Shown: positions 31,158-42,479, counted from the stretch's first letter. The stretch is 64,000 nucleotides of DNA from Alphaproteobacteria bacterium (GCA_965221125.1 CBDCRW010000007.1:416001-480000), one strand, 5' to 3'. The notes: a model not told the origin generated them from the sequence alone. Translations and numbers: made by a program.

Positions 31158-32015
31158 ATGGGTACCTGGACCCTTGATGACATCCCGTGGGACCAGTTCG
31201 ACCGATCGAAGGTCGACCCGGAGATGGTCAAGATCGCCAAGGCGGCGTGCATGGTGGAGCACCACAGCGCCGACTACGGCAAGTATCTCTGCGGCGTCTT
31301 CCACGACGATCCCGACTTCTGCGCCGACGCGCTCGCGTGGGCGGAGGAGGAGGTGCAGCACGGCGCGGTGCTCAGGCGCTACGCCGAGTTGGCGGACCCG
31401 TCATTCGACTTCGATGCGACCTTCGCGCGCTTCGTCGCCGGCCACCCCATCGACACCGAGGCGAGCGATTCGATCCGGGGCTCGCGCTGCGGCGAGATGG
31501 TGGCGCGCTGCATCGTCGAGGTCGGCACGTCGGCCTACTACAGCGCGCTGCGCGATGCTGCCGAGGAGCCCGTGTTCAAGGCGATCTGCAAGCGGATCGC
31601 GGGCGACGAGTTCCGCCACTACAAGCTCTTCTACAGCACCATGAAGCGCTACCGGGACATCGAGGGCATGGGACGCCTCAGCCGGGCCAGGGTGGCGTTA
31701 GGCCGCCTCTGCGAGGCGAGCGACGACGAGCTCTCCTACGCCTACCATTGCGGCGCCGGCGAGCCCGATCCCTACGTTCGCCGCCGCGCGACCCTAGCCT
31801 ATGCGGCGCGCACGCTGCCGCTCTACCGGCGCGACCACGTGCAGCGCGGCGTGGGCATGACGCTGAAGTCCATCGGCATCAAGCCGCAGTCGCGGCTGGG
31901 CAGGGTCATCGGCGCGGTGACCTGGTACGTGCTCAGGCTCTACGTGCGCCGTCTGGCGCTGGTGAGAGAAGCGGGCGAAACTCCGCGATCACCGCTTCGT
32001 AGAGCGCCCGCTTGA
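31158..32015 (+). CDS. Ferritin-like di-iron domain protein
   Basis: [26 protein letters not shown] (ExxH pairs). Confidence 0.85.
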   Translation: MGTWTLDDIPWDQFDRSKVDPEMVKIAKAACMVEHHSADYGKYLCGVFHDDPDFCADALAWAEEEVQHGAVLRRYAELADPSFDFDATFARFVAGHPIDTEASDSIRGSRCGEMVARCIVEVGTSAYYSALRDAAEEPVFKAICKRIAGDEFRHYKLFYSTMKRYRDIEGMGRLSRARVALGRLCEASDDELSYAYHCGAGEPDPYVRRRATLAYAARTLPLYRRDHVQRGVGMTLKSIGIKPQSRLGRVIGAVTWYVLRLYVRRLALVREAGETPRSPLRRAPA

Positions 32016-32439
32016 ACGGAACCACGTTCCGGGTGAGCTGATCGACGGGCGACCAGCGCCAGTCGCTGAACTCAGGGTGCGCGGTCCAGATGTCGATGTC
32101 GGCATCGGTGCCGAGGAAGCGCGCGGCGAACCATTTCTGCTCCTGCCCCCGGTAGCGCCCGCGCCAGACCCGGCGCACCAGGTGCGGCGGCAGGTCGTAG
32201 CGCAGCCACTCCCGCGTCTCGGCCAGGATCTCCACCTTGTCGGGCCTGACTCCGGTCTCTTCCTCGAGTTCCCGCAGCGCCGTGTCGCGCGGGTCCTCGC
32301 CCCGGTCGATCCCGCCCTGCGGCATCTGCCAGGCTTCCTGCACCATGTCGATGCGTTTGCCGACGAAAACCTGCCGCTCCGCATTGAAGAGCAGCACGCC
32401 GACGCAGGGGCGGTAGGGGAGGGCCTTTCGGCTGCTCAT
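31933..32439 (-). CDS. rppH: RNA pyrophosphohydrolase
   Basis: [15 protein letters not shown]...[10 protein letters not shown] Nudix box, RGQEQKWF. Confidence 0.92.
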   Translation of the reverse strand: MSSRKALPYRPCVGVLLFNAERQVFVGKRIDMVQEAWQMPQGGIDRGEDPRDTALRELEEETGVRPDKVEILAETREWLRYDLPPHLVRRVWRGRYRGQEQKWFAARFLGTDADIDIWTAHPEFSDWRWSPVDQLTRNVVPFKRALYEAVIAEFRPLLSPAPDGARRA

Positions 32440-32484
32440 GTGGGCAGCAAGGCCGGCTGACGGCGTCGACCGGCTGGAGCGAGC

Positions 32485-33792
32485 TCAGTTGACGGCCGAT
32501 TTCCCGGAGAGGATGCGGGCGCCGCGTATCTGTTCGATCGCGCGGGCAAGCTGGTAGTCGCCCTCCGTCGGATCGTCCTCGGCTTCCTCCTGGGCTTCGT
32601 CCGCGGCGGCGTCCGTCTCCTGGTCCTCGTCGACCTCGACGTCGACCCCGCCGTTGTCGAGGTGCCCCTGCAAATCCTCCTCCCGGTCCTCGGTCGCCGC
32701 CTCCGGCTCGGGCCTGATCTGCTCCACGACGATATCCGGATCGATCCCCTGCTCCTGGATCGAGCGGCCTGACGGCGTGTAGTAGCGTGCCGTGGTGAGA
32801 CGCAGCGCGCCGCGACCGCCGAGGGGAATCAGCGTCTGCACCGAGCCCTTGCCGAACGAGCGCGTGCCGAGGATGAGCGCCCGTCCGTGATCCTGCAGCG
32901 CGCCCGCCACGATTTCCGATGCCGACGCCGAGCCGTTGTTGATCAGCACGACCAGCGGCAGGCCGTCGATGATGTCGCCCTCACGCGCGTTGAAGCGCAA
33001 CGCGCTGTCCGCTTCGCGCCCGCGGGTCGATACGATCTCGCCTTGATCCAGGAACGCGTCCGAGACCGCGACCGCCTGATCGAGAAGGCCGCCCGGGTTG
33101 TTGCGCAGGTCGAGCACGGCGCCCACCAGCTTCTCGCCCTGCTCCTCCCACAGGTCGTCCACGGCCTCGTCGAGATCGTCGGACGTGTGCTCGGAGAATG
33201 CGGATATCCGCGCGACGATGATCTCGTCGTCCACCACCCGCGCGCGCACCGAACGGATCTTGATGATGGCGCGGGTAATCGGAAATATCAGGTCTTCCTC
33301 CACGCCGTCGCGGCGGACCGTCAGCGTGATCTCGGAGTTGGCGGGGCCGCGCATCTTGTCGACCGCCTGCTGCAGCGTGAGCCCGAAGACCGGCTCGTCG
33401 TCGAGATGGGTGACCAGGTCGCCGGGCTCGATGCCTGCGCGCTCGGCCGGTGTGTCGTCGATGGGGGCGATCACCTTGACGAGGCCCCGCTCCATCGTGA
33501 CCTCGATGCCGAGGCCGCCGAACTCGCCCCGCGCCTGGACTTGCACTTCCTTGTAGCTCTTGGGGTTGTGGTACTTCGAATGCGGGTCGAGCGAGGCGAT
33601 CATGCCCTCGATGGCGGCCTCGATCAGCTCCGTCGTGCTCACGTCCTCGACGTAGCCGTCGCGGATACTCTCGAGGATGTCGCCGAACAGATCGAGTTGG
33701 TCGTAGGCTTCCCTGTCTTCCTGGGCGATCACGACTGCCGGATGGGTGATCGCCATCAAGCCGACAAAGGCGGCTACCAGAACTCTTCGCAT
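32485..33792 (-). CDS. ctpA: S41 carboxyl-terminal processing protease
   Basis: LDPHS, PDZ GLGIEV, DLRNNPGG, SASASEIVAGALQD, SFGKGSVQ. Confidence 0.92.
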   Translation of the reverse strand: MRRVLVAAFVGLMAITHPAVVIAQEDREAYDQLDLFGDILESIRDGYVEDVSTTELIEAAIEGMIASLDPHSKYHNPKSYKEVQVQARGEFGGLGIEVTMERGLVKVIAPIDDTPAERAGIEPGDLVTHLDDEPVFGLTLQQAVDKMRGPANSEITLTVRRDGVEEDLIFPITRAIIKIRSVRARVVDDEIIVARISAFSEHTSDDLDEAVDDLWEEQGEKLVGAVLDLRNNPGGLLDQAVAVSDAFLDQGEIVSTRGREADSALRFNAREGDIIDGLPLVVLINNGSASASEIVAGALQDHGRALILGTRSFGKGSVQTLIPLGGRGALRLTTARYYTPSGRSIQEQGIDPDIVVEQIRPEPEAATEDREEDLQGHLDNGGVDVEVDEDQETDAAADEAQEEAEDDPTEGDYQLARAIEQIRGARILSGKSAVN

Positions 33793-33987
33793 TCCATCCC
33801 TCGACCGTGGCGCCGGGTGCCCAGCATCGGGCCGGCGCGTCTTTGGGGCCCTCGCCGGGGCAGCCACCGCCGCCGCTGGTCGGCGAGCGCTGGTAAAGCG
33901 CTGTCCCGACGGGCCGCACTGCGAGGCAGCCCATGATATCTCCCGCCAATCGATACGATCAACATGCGCGTCGCCGGATCTCCCCGC

Positions 33988-34521
33988 TCACGCGTCGGGC
34001 GGCGTGGGGGAGAGGGGCTCCACGCGTTGCTCCGCCGCCACGGCAGCAAGCAGCGACTCCGCGGTGGCGCCGGTCACGGGGTGACGCCAGTCCGGCGCGA
34101 CCTCGATGAGCGGGGCCAGCACGAATGCCCGCTGCGTGAGCCGCGGGTGGGGGAGGACGAGGGCCGGCCCGGCCCGGCCCCCGGCGCGGTCGACGATGCG
34201 GCCGTCATAGTCCAGGAGGTCGAGGTCGAGCGGGCGGGACGCGCCCGCAACGCCCCGCCTGCGCCCGAAGGCTGCTTCGATGGCAAGCAGGCGTTCCATG
34301 AGGGGCACGGGCGAGAGTGCCGTCTCGACCCGGACCACGCCGTTCACGAACCAGGGGCCCGAGGCCGGGGGCAGCGGCGCGCTGCGATACCAGCGCGAGC
34401 GCGCGACTGGCTGAATTTCGCAGTCCGCAAGCGCAGAGAGCGCGGCCTCCAGGCCCTCGGCCGGCGCGCCGTGGCGCGCGGTCGGCAGGTTTGCGCCGAG
34501 CGCAACCAGGATCATTGCCAC
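33988..34521 (-). CDS. folK: 6-hydroxymethyl-7,8-dihydropterin pyrophosphokinase
   Basis: VALGANL, RPLDLDLLD, LPHPRLTQRAFVL. Confidence 0.9.
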   Translation of the reverse strand: MAMILVALGANLPTARHGAPAEGLEAALSALADCEIQPVARSRWYRSAPLPPASGPWFVNGVVRVETALSPVPLMERLLAIEAAFGRRRGVAGASRPLDLDLLDYDGRIVDRAGGRAGPALVLPHPRLTQRAFVLAPLIEVAPDWRHPVTGATAESLLAAVAAEQRVEPLSPTPPDA

Positions 34522-34679
34522 AATCCGCGTGCTGGCACTTGTCCCTCTCTCCGGAAATCCCTAGTTATGACGTGCCTACCGCACGGACCGTGACCGTGCA
34601 GCCGATTGGGCGGCACACCGGCAGGCGATAGCGTGTTCCCCGGCATTCTGCCTCACTTGACCGAGAAGGATAGACGTTG

Positions 34680-35324
34680 ATGGAATTCAACCCGCAAGAG
34701 CGTGTCGGCCTCTTCATCGATGGCGCGAACCTGTACGCTGCGGCCCGTTCGCTCGGATTCGACATTGACTACAAGCGCCTGCGCGAGGAGTTCGCCGGCA
34801 AGGGCCGGCTCATCCGCGCGCTCTATTACACGGCGCTCGTCGAGGACCAGGAATACTCGCCCATCCGCCCGCTGGTCGATTGGCTCGACTACAACGGCTA
34901 CACCCTGGTCACGAAGCCGACCAAGGAATTCACCGACGCCATGGGCCGGCGCAAGGTCAAGGGCGACATGGATATCGAGATCGCGGTCGACATGATGGAG
35001 CTGTCGGGCGCGCTCGACCATATCGTGCTGTTCTCCGGCGACGGCGATTTTCGGCGCGTGATCGAGGCGGTGCAGCGCAAGGGCGTGCTGGTGACGGTCG
35101 TCAGCACCATCCGCTCGCAGCCGCCCATGATCGCCGACGAGCTGCGCCGCCAGGCGGACAACTTCATCGAACTGCAGGAGCTCGAGACCCTGATCGCGCG
35201 CGAGCCCAAGTGGCGGAACGAACGCGCCCGTGCCCTGCGCGAGCCGATGGAGGACGAGTACGGCGGCTACGACGACGAGGGCGACGAGGACGACATGGCC
35301 GACGAGATCGCGCACACGGTGTGA
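34680..35324 (+). CDS. NYN domain (LabA/DUF88) protein
   Basis: FIDGANL, KGDMDIEIAVD, LFSGDGDF; acidic tail. Confidence 0.9.
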   Translation: MEFNPQERVGLFIDGANLYAAARSLGFDIDYKRLREEFAGKGRLIRALYYTALVEDQEYSPIRPLVDWLDYNGYTLVTKPTKEFTDAMGRRKVKGDMDIEIAVDMMELSGALDHIVLFSGDGDFRRVIEAVQRKGVLVTVVSTIRSQPPMIADELRRQADNFIELQELETLIAREPKWRNERARALREPMEDEYGGYDDEGDEDDMADEIAHTV

Positions 35325-35983
35325 GCGCGCCGCTGCAGGTTCCGCCCGCGCCGGGGCGGGACTGCGACCGATGCCCGCGGCTCGCCGCCTTTCGCGAGGA
35401 GCACCGGGCAAAGGAGCCGCACTGGCACAACGCCCCGGTGCCGAGCTTCGGCGGCCTTGACGCCCGGCTCCTGATCGTCGGCCTCGCGCCCGGCCTGCGC
35501 GGGGCCAACCGCACGGGCCGGCCATTCACCGGCGACTTCGCCGGCGACCTGCTCTACGCGACCCTCGGCGAATTCGGCTTCGCGGCCGGTGCCTACGGCG
35601 CCACGCCGGGCGACGGCCTCGCGCTGCGCGATTGCCGCATCACCAATGCCGTCCGCTGCGTGCCGCCGCAAAACAAGCCCAATGCGGCCGAGATCGCGGC
35701 CTGTCGCGGCTTCCTCGAGGCGGAAATCGAAGCGATGACCGGCCTTCGCGCCATTCTCGCGCTGGGGCAGGTGGCGCACGGCGCCGTGCTGAAGACGCTG
35801 GGTCTGCGCGCCGGCGCTCACGGCTTCGCCCACGGGGCGGTGCATTGCCTGGGGGACGGCCGGCGGCTCTTCGACAGCTATCACTGCTCGCGCCTCAACA
35901 CGAACACGGGGCGGCTCACGCCTGCGATGTTCGCCGACGTGTTCGCCGCCATTCGCCGCGCAATCGACGAGACGGGCTCGTAG
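35321..35983 (+). CDS. Uracil-DNA glycosylase (Fe-S, family 4/5)
   Basis: CDRCPRL, GLAPGLRGANRTGRPFTGD, SYHCSRLNTNTG. Confidence 0.9.
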   Translation: MSAPLQVPPAPGRDCDRCPRLAAFREEHRAKEPHWHNAPVPSFGGLDARLLIVGLAPGLRGANRTGRPFTGDFAGDLLYATLGEFGFAAGAYGATPGDGLALRDCRITNAVRCVPPQNKPNAAEIAACRGFLEAEIEAMTGLRAILALGQVAHGAVLKTLGLRAGAHGFAHGAVHCLGDGRRLFDSYHCSRLNTNTGRLTPAMFADVFAAIRRAIDETGS

Positions 35984-35994
35984 GGCAGGCGGGA

Positions 35995-36468
35995 CTACCC
36001 CCGGTCGCGGACCAGCCGCTCCTTCTGGCGCTTCCAGTCGCGCTCCTTCTCGGCGGCACGCTTGTCGTACTTGCGCTTGCCGGAGGCCAAGGCGAGCGCG
36101 ACCTTGGCGACGCCGCGGTCGTTGAAATAGAGGGTGAGCGGTACGAGGGTCACGCCGCCGCGCCTGAGCGCGCCCACGAGCTTGCGGATCTCGCGCTTGT
36201 GCAGGAGCAGCTTGCGCGGCCGCATGGGGTCGTGATTGAAGGTGCCGGCGCCCTCGTACTGGGAGATGTGGGCGTTTATCAGGAAGACCTCGCCGCCGCG
36301 CTCGGCGGCGTAGGCATCGTTGATGTTGGCGCGGCCCGCCCGGAGCGACTTGACCTCGGTGCCGGTGAGCTGAATGCCGACCTCGAAGGGCCGCTCGAGG
36401 TGGTAGTCCCGGCGAGCCTTGCGATTCTGCGCGATTCGCTTGCCGCCGGGGGCGGCATTGCCGCTCAC
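35995..36468 (-). CDS. smpB: SsrA-binding protein
   Basis: NRKARRDY, LTGTEVKSLR, RKLLLHKREI, YDKR. Confidence 0.95.
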   Translation of the reverse strand: MSGNAAPGGKRIAQNRKARRDYHLERPFEVGIQLTGTEVKSLRAGRANINDAYAAERGGEVFLINAHISQYEGAGTFNHDPMRPRKLLLHKREIRKLVGALRRGGVTLVPLTLYFNDRGVAKVALALASGKRKYDKRAAEKERDWKRQKERLVRDRG

Positions 36469-36508
36469 GGCGCGGGCCTCTCTGCGGGATGCGGCCTGAG
36501 CGCTGCGC

Positions 36509-37384
36509 TCAGTTGAGGACGCCGACCTGGCGCATCGCCGATTCGATCCGCTCGCGATTGGCCTCGCTGGGCGAGGTCAGCGGCAGCCGCACCTCCGGCT
36601 CGCACTTGCCGAGCAGCGAGGCGGCGTACTTGACCGGAATCGGGTTGCTCTCGACGAACAGCGTGTCGTGCAGCGGCATGAGCTGCGTGTGGCGGTCGAG
36701 CGCCTCGCCGGCATCGCCCCGCTCCCACGCGGCGAAGAAGCCCGCGCACTGGCGCGGCGCCACGTTGGCCGTGACCGAGATGCAGCCGTCGCCGCCCTGC
36801 GCGAGGAAGCCGATGATCGTGCCGTCCTCGCCCGAGAGCTGGCAGAACTCCTCGCCGATCGCGTTCCTGGTGCGGGTGGGCCGGGCCAGGTCGGCGGTCG
36901 CGTCCTTCACGCCCACGACGTTGGGGAGTTCGGCGAGCCGCGCCATCGTCTCGACCGACATGTCCACGACGCTCCGCCCCGGGATGTTGTAAATGATCTG
37001 CGGGATGTCCACGGCGTCGTTGACGGCCTTGTAGTGGGCGTACATGCCCTCTTGCGCCGGCTTGTTGTAATAGGGCATGACCAGCAGCGCGCCATCTGCG
37101 CCGGCGTCCTTGGCGTGGCGGGTGAGGCTGATCGCTTCCTCGGTCGAGTTGGACCCCGTGCCGGCCACGACCGGAACCCGCCCTGCCGCGACCTCGATGC
37201 AGATCTCGGTCACGCGGCGGTGTTCCTCGTGGCTGAGGGTCGGCGATTCACCCGTGGTTCCGCAGGGCACGAGCCCGGCGGCGCCCTCATCGATCTGCCA
37301 GGCGACGAAATCACGATAGGCGTCTTCGTCCACCTCGCCATTGCGGAACGGCGTGATCAGGGCCGTCAGGTATCCCTGGAACAT
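36509..37384 (-). CDS. dapA: 4-hydroxy-tetrahydrodipicolinate synthase
   Basis: GTTGES, YYNKP, YNIPGRS, GVKDAT. Confidence 0.95.
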   Translation of the reverse strand: MFQGYLTALITPFRNGEVDEDAYRDFVAWQIDEGAAGLVPCGTTGESPTLSHEEHRRVTEICIEVAAGRVPVVAGTGSNSTEEAISLTRHAKDAGADGALLVMPYYNKPAQEGMYAHYKAVNDAVDIPQIIYNIPGRSVVDMSVETMARLAELPNVVGVKDATADLARPTRTRNAIGEEFCQLSGEDGTIIGFLAQGGDGCISVTANVAPRQCAGFFAAWERGDAGEALDRHTQLMPLHDTLFVESNPIPVKYAASLLGKCEPEVRLPLTSPSEANRERIESAMRQVGVLN

Positions 37385-37439
37385 GCCACGCTCCCATGGT
37401 CGTAAGTTGGCGTTCCGGCGAGAATAGGTTGACAGCATT

Positions 37440-39650
37440 ATGGGAACAAGGCCGCGTCCAAAGCCCACCCTCCTGAGCCACTTGCGCGAGGCCGTGAGAT
37501 GGGCCCGGCGGATGCTCCTCGTCCCGGCGCTCGTGCTCCTGCCGGCGGTCTCCGGCGCGCCTCTGCCGGCGGAGGCGGATACGCCCATGCCGCCGGCCAT
37601 AGGCCGGGCGGATATCGCCCTCTACGTCGATGCGTTCAGGGCCGCGGCGCGCGACAACTGGCGCCACGCCCATCGTCTGGCCCGGAGGGCCGACGACCCG
37701 CTGGGCGCCACGATCCTGCAATGGTGGGACTACAGCCGGCCGGGCAGCACGGCCTCGTTCGACGAGATTGCGCGGTTCATGGACGAGCGCCCGGACTGGC
37801 CGGACCAGAGGCTGCTCCAGGTGAATGCGGAAGCGGCGATGGCAGACGGCGTCTCCGATGCCGAGGTCATCGCCTGGTATCACTGGCGGGATCCCGTCAG
37901 CGCCCCCGGCCGGCTCCGCTATGCCGATGCCCTGCTGGCGAGAGGCGAGGACGAGCGCGCGGCCGCGCTGGTTCGCACGGCATGGGTCGAAGGTTCCTTC
38001 AGCGCGCAGGAGCTGCGCGAGACCTATCGCCGCTACCGCTCGCTGCTGCGGCGGGAGGATCACATCGCGCGCCTCGACCGCCTGGTGTGGGCGAATTACG
38101 GCCGCGCGGCGCGGCGCATGTACCGCTACGTCGACGAGGGGTATCAGCTGCTGGCGGAGGCGCGGCTCACGCTCCGCGCGCGCCAGGGCGGGGTGGACCG
38201 CGCCATCCAGCGGGTGCCGCGCGAGCTTCGCGACCATCCGGGGCTGGTCTACGAGCGCCTGCGCTGGCGCCGCGCCAAGGGCCGCGACGACGATGCCTAC
38301 GCCCTCTTGCGCTCGCCGCCGCGTGAGCTCGGACCCCGACCCAAGCTCTGGTGGCGGGAACGCGCCATTCTGTTGCGCCGTGCGCTCGAGGACGGTCAGA
38401 CCCGGCGGGCCTATGCGCTCGCCGCGGGGCACAGCCAGACCGCCGCCTCGACCTACTCGGAGGCGGAGTGGCTTGCCGGCTGGATCGCGCTTCGCTTCCT
38501 CGACGACGCGCGCCTGGCGTTCCCCCATTTCGTGAACATGCATGGTGCGGTGACCATGCCGATCAGCCGCACGCGCGGCGCCTACTGGGCGGGCCGGGCC
38601 GCGGACGCATTCGGCGACCGGGACGGCGCGCACCTCTGGTACGAGAGGGCGGCGGCCTATCCTTGCGCCTTCTACGGCCAGCTCGCCCTGGCGCAGATCG
38701 CCGCACGAGATGCGCCACTGTTCGGCACCGCCGCTCCCGCTACGGAAGCCGCGCCGACACTCAACGGGCATCCGCTGGTCGCTGCCGTGCGCTTCCTGAC
38801 ATTCCTCGGCCGCGACTATCTCGCCGAGCCCTTCTACGACCGCCTGAGCCGGCTCGCGCGCAACGAAGCGGATCACGCAGAGATCGCGGCGCTCGCGCAC
38901 TCCGTGGGCAAGCCCGATCAGGCGATCCGGGCCGCCCAGCAGGCCGCGCGGGACGGCTACGTCTCCATCGACCGCCTGTTCCCGCTGGTCGACGTGCCGT
39001 TTGCCAGGAACAACGGCGACCTCGAACATGCGCTGGTGCTGGCGCTGATCCGCCAGGAGAGCCGCTTCGACAAGCAGGCGCGGAGCAGCGCAGGCGCGCT
39101 CGGCCTGATGCAGCTCATGCCGCGGACCGCGCGAAGCGTCGCCCGCAGCATGGGACTCAGCGAGTCCAGCAGGCGCCTCACATCCAGCGCCACCCACAAC
39201 ATCGCCCTCGGCAGCCGCTACCTCGACGACCTGATCGAGCGCTATGACGGATCGTACCTGCTGGCCGTCGCCGCCTATAATGGGGGCCCGCGCAACGTCG
39301 CCCGCTGGATCGCGGCCAACGGCGACCCCCGGCACGACGCGGACGTGGACATCATCGACTGGATCGAAATGATCCCGATCCCGGAGACGCGAAACTACGT
39401 TCAGCGGGTGCTGGAAGGGACGCAGGTCTACCGTCGGCAGCTCGGCCGGCGGCCGACCGCATCGAGCCTGGAGCGGGATCTCACGCGCGGCGGCTCCCGG
39501 CGCACGGTGGTGCTCACGTGCAGGCCAGGCGACGACGGTGCCTTGCCTGAGCGCTGCCGGACTGCGACCGATGACGTCGTGCTGCCCGTCGACCGCCCGG
39601 ATCGTCGCGGGAACGATCGCTCAGGGTTGCGGTGGCGGAGACTCTCATGA
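37440..39650 (+). CDS. Soluble lytic murein transglycosylase (Slt70-like)
   Basis: [32 protein letters not shown]; start may be 37512. Confidence 0.9.
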   Translation: MGTRPRPKPTLLSHLREAVRWARRMLLVPALVLLPAVSGAPLPAEADTPMPPAIGRADIALYVDAFRAAARDNWRHAHRLARRADDPLGATILQWWDYSRPGSTASFDEIARFMDERPDWPDQRLLQVNAEAAMADGVSDAEVIAWYHWRDPVSAPGRLRYADALLARGEDERAAALVRTAWVEGSFSAQELRETYRRYRSLLRREDHIARLDRLVWANYGRAARRMYRYVDEGYQLLAEARLTLRARQGGVDRAIQRVPRELRDHPGLVYERLRWRRAKGRDDDAYALLRSPPRELGPRPKLWWRERAILLRRALEDGQTRRAYALAAGHSQTAASTYSEAEWLAGWIALRFLDDARLAFPHFVNMHGAVTMPISRTRGAYWAGRAADAFGDRDGAHLWYERAAAYPCAFYGQLALAQIAARDAPLFGTAAPATEAAPTLNGHPLVAAVRFLTFLGRDYLAEPFYDRLSRLARNEADHAEIAALAHSVGKPDQAIRAAQQAARDGYVSIDRLFPLVDVPFARNNGDLEHALVLALIRQESRFDKQARSSAGALGLMQLMPRTARSVARSMGLSESSRRLTSSATHNIALGSRYLDDLIERYDGSYLLAVAAYNGGPRNVARWIAANGDPRHDADVDIIDWIEMIPIPETRNYVQRVLEGTQVYRRQLGRRPTASSLERDLTRGGSRRTVVLTCRPGDDGALPERCRTATDDVVLPVDRPDRRGNDRSGLRWRRLS

Positions 39651-40663
39651 GCGATACGGGAGAGCCGCTGCCGACTCCTGCCGATGTGCATGCGGCTGCG
39701 GACCGCCTCGCCGGGCACACGGTCGAGACGCCGCTGCTGCGCTCCGACGCCCTCGATGAGCGGATCGGCGGGCTGCTGCTGCTCAAGGCGGAGCCGCTGC
39801 AGCGCACCGGCTCGTTCAAGTTCCGGGGCGCCTGCAACCGGCTGCTGCAGTTGGCTGCGGATGCCGGGGCCGGCGGCGTGGTGGCCTATTCCTCGGGCAA
39901 CCATGCGCAGGCGGTCGCGGCTGCCGCAAATCTCGTCGGCGTGCCGGCGGTCATCGTCATGCCGAGGGATGCGCCGGCGGTGAAGATCGCGGGCACGCGC
40001 CGTCACGGGGCGGAGGTCGTGCTCTACGATCGGGCCAGCGAGGCGCGCGAGGCGCTGGGCAAGCGCATCGCGGTGGAGCGGGGGGCGACACTGGTCAAGC
40101 CCTACGACGATTTCCATGTCATCGCCGGGCAGGGGACCGTGGGGCACGAGATCGTGCGCCAGTGCGGCGCCATCGGCTGCCGGCCCGATGCCGTGGTCGT
40201 GCCCGCAGGCGGCGGCGGGCTGATGGCCGGCACGTCGCTCGCCATCGCCGATGCCTGGCCGGAGGCGCACCTGCACACCGCCGAGCCGGAAGGCTACGAC
40301 GACCACGCCATGTCGTTCGAGCGTGGCGAGCGCGTCGGCCTCTCCGGCTCCGGGCCCGCCAGTCTCTGCGACGCGCTCTTCGCGCCGAAGCCCGGCGCGC
40401 TCACCTTCCCGATCAACGTGGAGCGGGTGCGGAGCGGCGTGGTCGTCAGCGACGACGAGGTCGGCGCGGCCATGCGGGCGGCGTTCCTGCACCTCAAGCT
40501 CGTGGTCGAGCCGGGAGGCGCGGCGGCGCTCGCGGCAGTGCTAGCAGGCAAGGTCCCCACCGCCGGGCGCACGGTGGTGGCGGTGCTCTCCGGCGGCAAC
40601 GTCGATCCCGCCGTCTTTCGCGCCGTGCTGGATCAGGGCGATGACCCTGCCGCCGCGACCTAG
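39647..40663 (+). CDS. Threonine/serine dehydratase (PLP fold II)
   Basis: GSFKFRGA, SSGNHAQ, GGGGL, SGGNVD. Confidence 0.9.
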   Translation: MSDTGEPLPTPADVHAAADRLAGHTVETPLLRSDALDERIGGLLLLKAEPLQRTGSFKFRGACNRLLQLAADAGAGGVVAYSSGNHAQAVAAAANLVGVPAVIVMPRDAPAVKIAGTRRHGAEVVLYDRASEAREALGKRIAVERGATLVKPYDDFHVIAGQGTVGHEIVRQCGAIGCRPDAVVVPAGGGGLMAGTSLAIADAWPEAHLHTAEPEGYDDHAMSFERGERVGLSGSGPASLCDALFAPKPGALTFPINVERVRSGVVVSDDEVGAAMRAAFLHLKLVVEPGGAAALAAVLAGKVPTAGRTVVAVLSGGNVDPAVFRAVLDQGDDPAAAT

Positions 40664-40667
40664 CCGG

Positions 40668-41507
40668 ATGAAACGGCGGGTCCTCGCGAGTCGAGTTGCG
40701 ACGGCCGTGATCGCGCTGCTCTTGACCCTCCCCGCCGTGCAGGGCTGTGCGGTCCTGGAACGCCTCACGGATGAGGAGATAACCTCCCTCGAAGATATTC
40801 CGCCGGTGGAGAGCCGGGGCGCCGACTGGCCGGTCCTGCCGCGCGAGGGCGGGGAGGACGGCTACGACGATCCCCTGGAGGACGTGAACCAAGTCTTTTT
40901 CTACATGAACGGTGCGCTCGACTTCCTCCTTCTGGAGCCGATCGCGCAGTTCTACCGCGGCATGATGCCGACGGACGCGCGCCACGCGATTAGCCGGGCC
41001 TTCACCAATCTGGCTGAGCCGATCGTCGTTGCGAATCACCTGCTGCAGCTCGAAGGGCGCCGCGCGGGCACCAGTCTCGGCCGCTTCGTCGTTAACAGTA
41101 CCGCAGGCGTGGCGGGCCTCTTCGACGTGGCGACCGATGTGGGGCTTGCCGCCGACGACGCGGACTTCGGCCAGACGCTCCACCACTACGGGATCAGCAG
41201 CGGCCCCTATATCGTGCTGCCCATCTTCGGCCCGACCACGGTGCGGGACGCCATAGGCTTCGGCGTGGACGGCCTGCTCGATCCCCGCACCTACGTGCTC
41301 GCGCCGACGCAGCTCCTGGCGGCCACCGTGAGCGAAGGCGTCGTCCGCCGGGAGGAGGTGATCGACCCGGTCAACTTCCTGAGGGTGCACGCCGCCGATC
41401 CCTACGACGCCGTGCGCGCCTGGAACTACCAGGAGCGCCAGCGCGAGCTTACCGGCGGCTGCACCGAGCCGAAGTACGTGATCTGCCCCGGCTATTCGCC
41501 GGAGTAG
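40668..41507 (+). CDS. mlaA: VacJ/MlaA family lipoprotein
   Basis: Lipobox VQGC, DPLE..N, RFVVNST, DFGQTL, GPYIVLPIFGPTTVRD. Confidence 0.88.
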   Translation: MKRRVLASRVATAVIALLLTLPAVQGCAVLERLTDEEITSLEDIPPVESRGADWPVLPREGGEDGYDDPLEDVNQVFFYMNGALDFLLLEPIAQFYRGMMPTDARHAISRAFTNLAEPIVVANHLLQLEGRRAGTSLGRFVVNSTAGVAGLFDVATDVGLAADDADFGQTLHHYGISSGPYIVLPIFGPTTVRDAIGFGVDGLLDPRTYVLAPTQLLAATVSEGVVRREEVIDPVNFLRVHAADPYDAVRAWNYQERQRELTGGCTEPKYVICPGYSPE

Positions 41508-41534
41508 GGTCGTTGCCCCGAGGGATCGATCCGC

Positions 41535-42203
41535 TCAGAGCGGGCCGTCGCCGCCGGGATAGCAGAACGAGGCGCGTGGCGCGTAGAAGCCGAAGGTGAC
41601 CTCCAGCGGCGTCGCCGGGCGGAGCGCATGGCACGAGTGGTCCGGCGCCAGGAACTCGAGCGAGAGAAGCTCGAAGCCGTCCGCAAGCTCGCCCACGTAG
41701 GCGTAGTTGCCGCTCATCAGCCGGCCGTCCACGGCGGTGATGTAGCGCAGGTGACCGCGCGCGGTCTCGCCGATGCCGCCGCCGACGCGCGCCCGGCTGC
41801 GGATGATCGCCCGGTCGTCGCCGTCGTAGGTGGTGGCGGTCGCCTCGTCGCCGTCGAGTTCGAGGGTCGTGCGGCCCGGCACCGCCGGCACGCCTCGCTT
41901 CGCCGCGTAGTCCCGCATCACGGCGTTCGAGTTGAGATAGTGGCTCCACCAGCGGCCGGGCGTGCCGTCCTCCAGGTCGAGGCCGGCGAGATCGAGGCCG
42001 GCGTAGGTGAGCGAGTAGGCGCCGAAGCGCGAGGTCTGCTCGTCCCTGTCCACGACATACTGGTTGATGAAGATCGCCTGGTTCTCGGCCGGCGTGAGGC
42101 CGTCCGGCAGCAGGGCGGCCGCCGCCGCCGGGTCTTCCGGCACCCAGCAGAAGTAGAGCATCCGGGAATTGACGATCAGTTGCGGTGCGAGCGGTAGTGC
42201 CAC
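41535..42203 (-). CDS. Acetoacetate decarboxylase-like fold protein (putative)
   Basis: DPAAAAALLPDGL N-terminal pattern; otherwise weak. Confidence 0.45.
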   Translation of the reverse strand: MALPLAPQLIVNSRMLYFCWVPEDPAAAAALLPDGLTPAENQAIFINQYVVDRDEQTSRFGAYSLTYAGLDLAGLDLEDGTPGRWWSHYLNSNAVMRDYAAKRGVPAVPGRTTLELDGDEATATTYDGDDRAIIRSRARVGGGIGETARGHLRYITAVDGRLMSGNYAYVGELADGFELLSLEFLAPDHSCHALRPATPLEVTFGFYAPRASFCYPGGDGPL

Positions 42204-42206
42204 GAC

Positions 42207-42479
42207 CTAATCCCCCTTCCAATTGCGTATGCGTTCTGCAAGTTCGGCCCCACTTCTGATGATGTGCGGATTCTCCTTTAGGCGTGGGTGTTTCTGCTTG
42301 GGAGCGTATCCTGTGGGTTCTCCCGTCTTGACGCTGACCACCCACGAGGCTCTTGCGCATTTGTCCCCAAGTTGTTGCCCGACGGATTGTGGTGGGGCAT
42401 CGATGACCTCGCCAACTGCCTTATAGGTGCAGCGGACGCGGGCGGCGTTAAGGAAGCTCAGGATGTCCTCTATCGACAT
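42207..42479 (-). CDS. Small hypothetical protein, possibly Ogt/Atl-like wHTH
   Basis: TYKAVGEVI...SVGQQL...SWVV resembles the alkyltransferase DNA-binding motif; AT-richer codons. Confidence 0.45.
   Translation of the reverse strand: MSIEDILSFLNAARVRCTYKAVGEVIDAPPQSVGQQLGDKCARASWVVSVKTGEPTGYAPKQKHPRLKENPHIIRSGAELAERIRNWKGD

Noticed and set aside
35995-36468. tmRNA or tRNA gene near smpB
   Set aside because: Flanks are fully coding; no tRNA-like sequence recognised in the window
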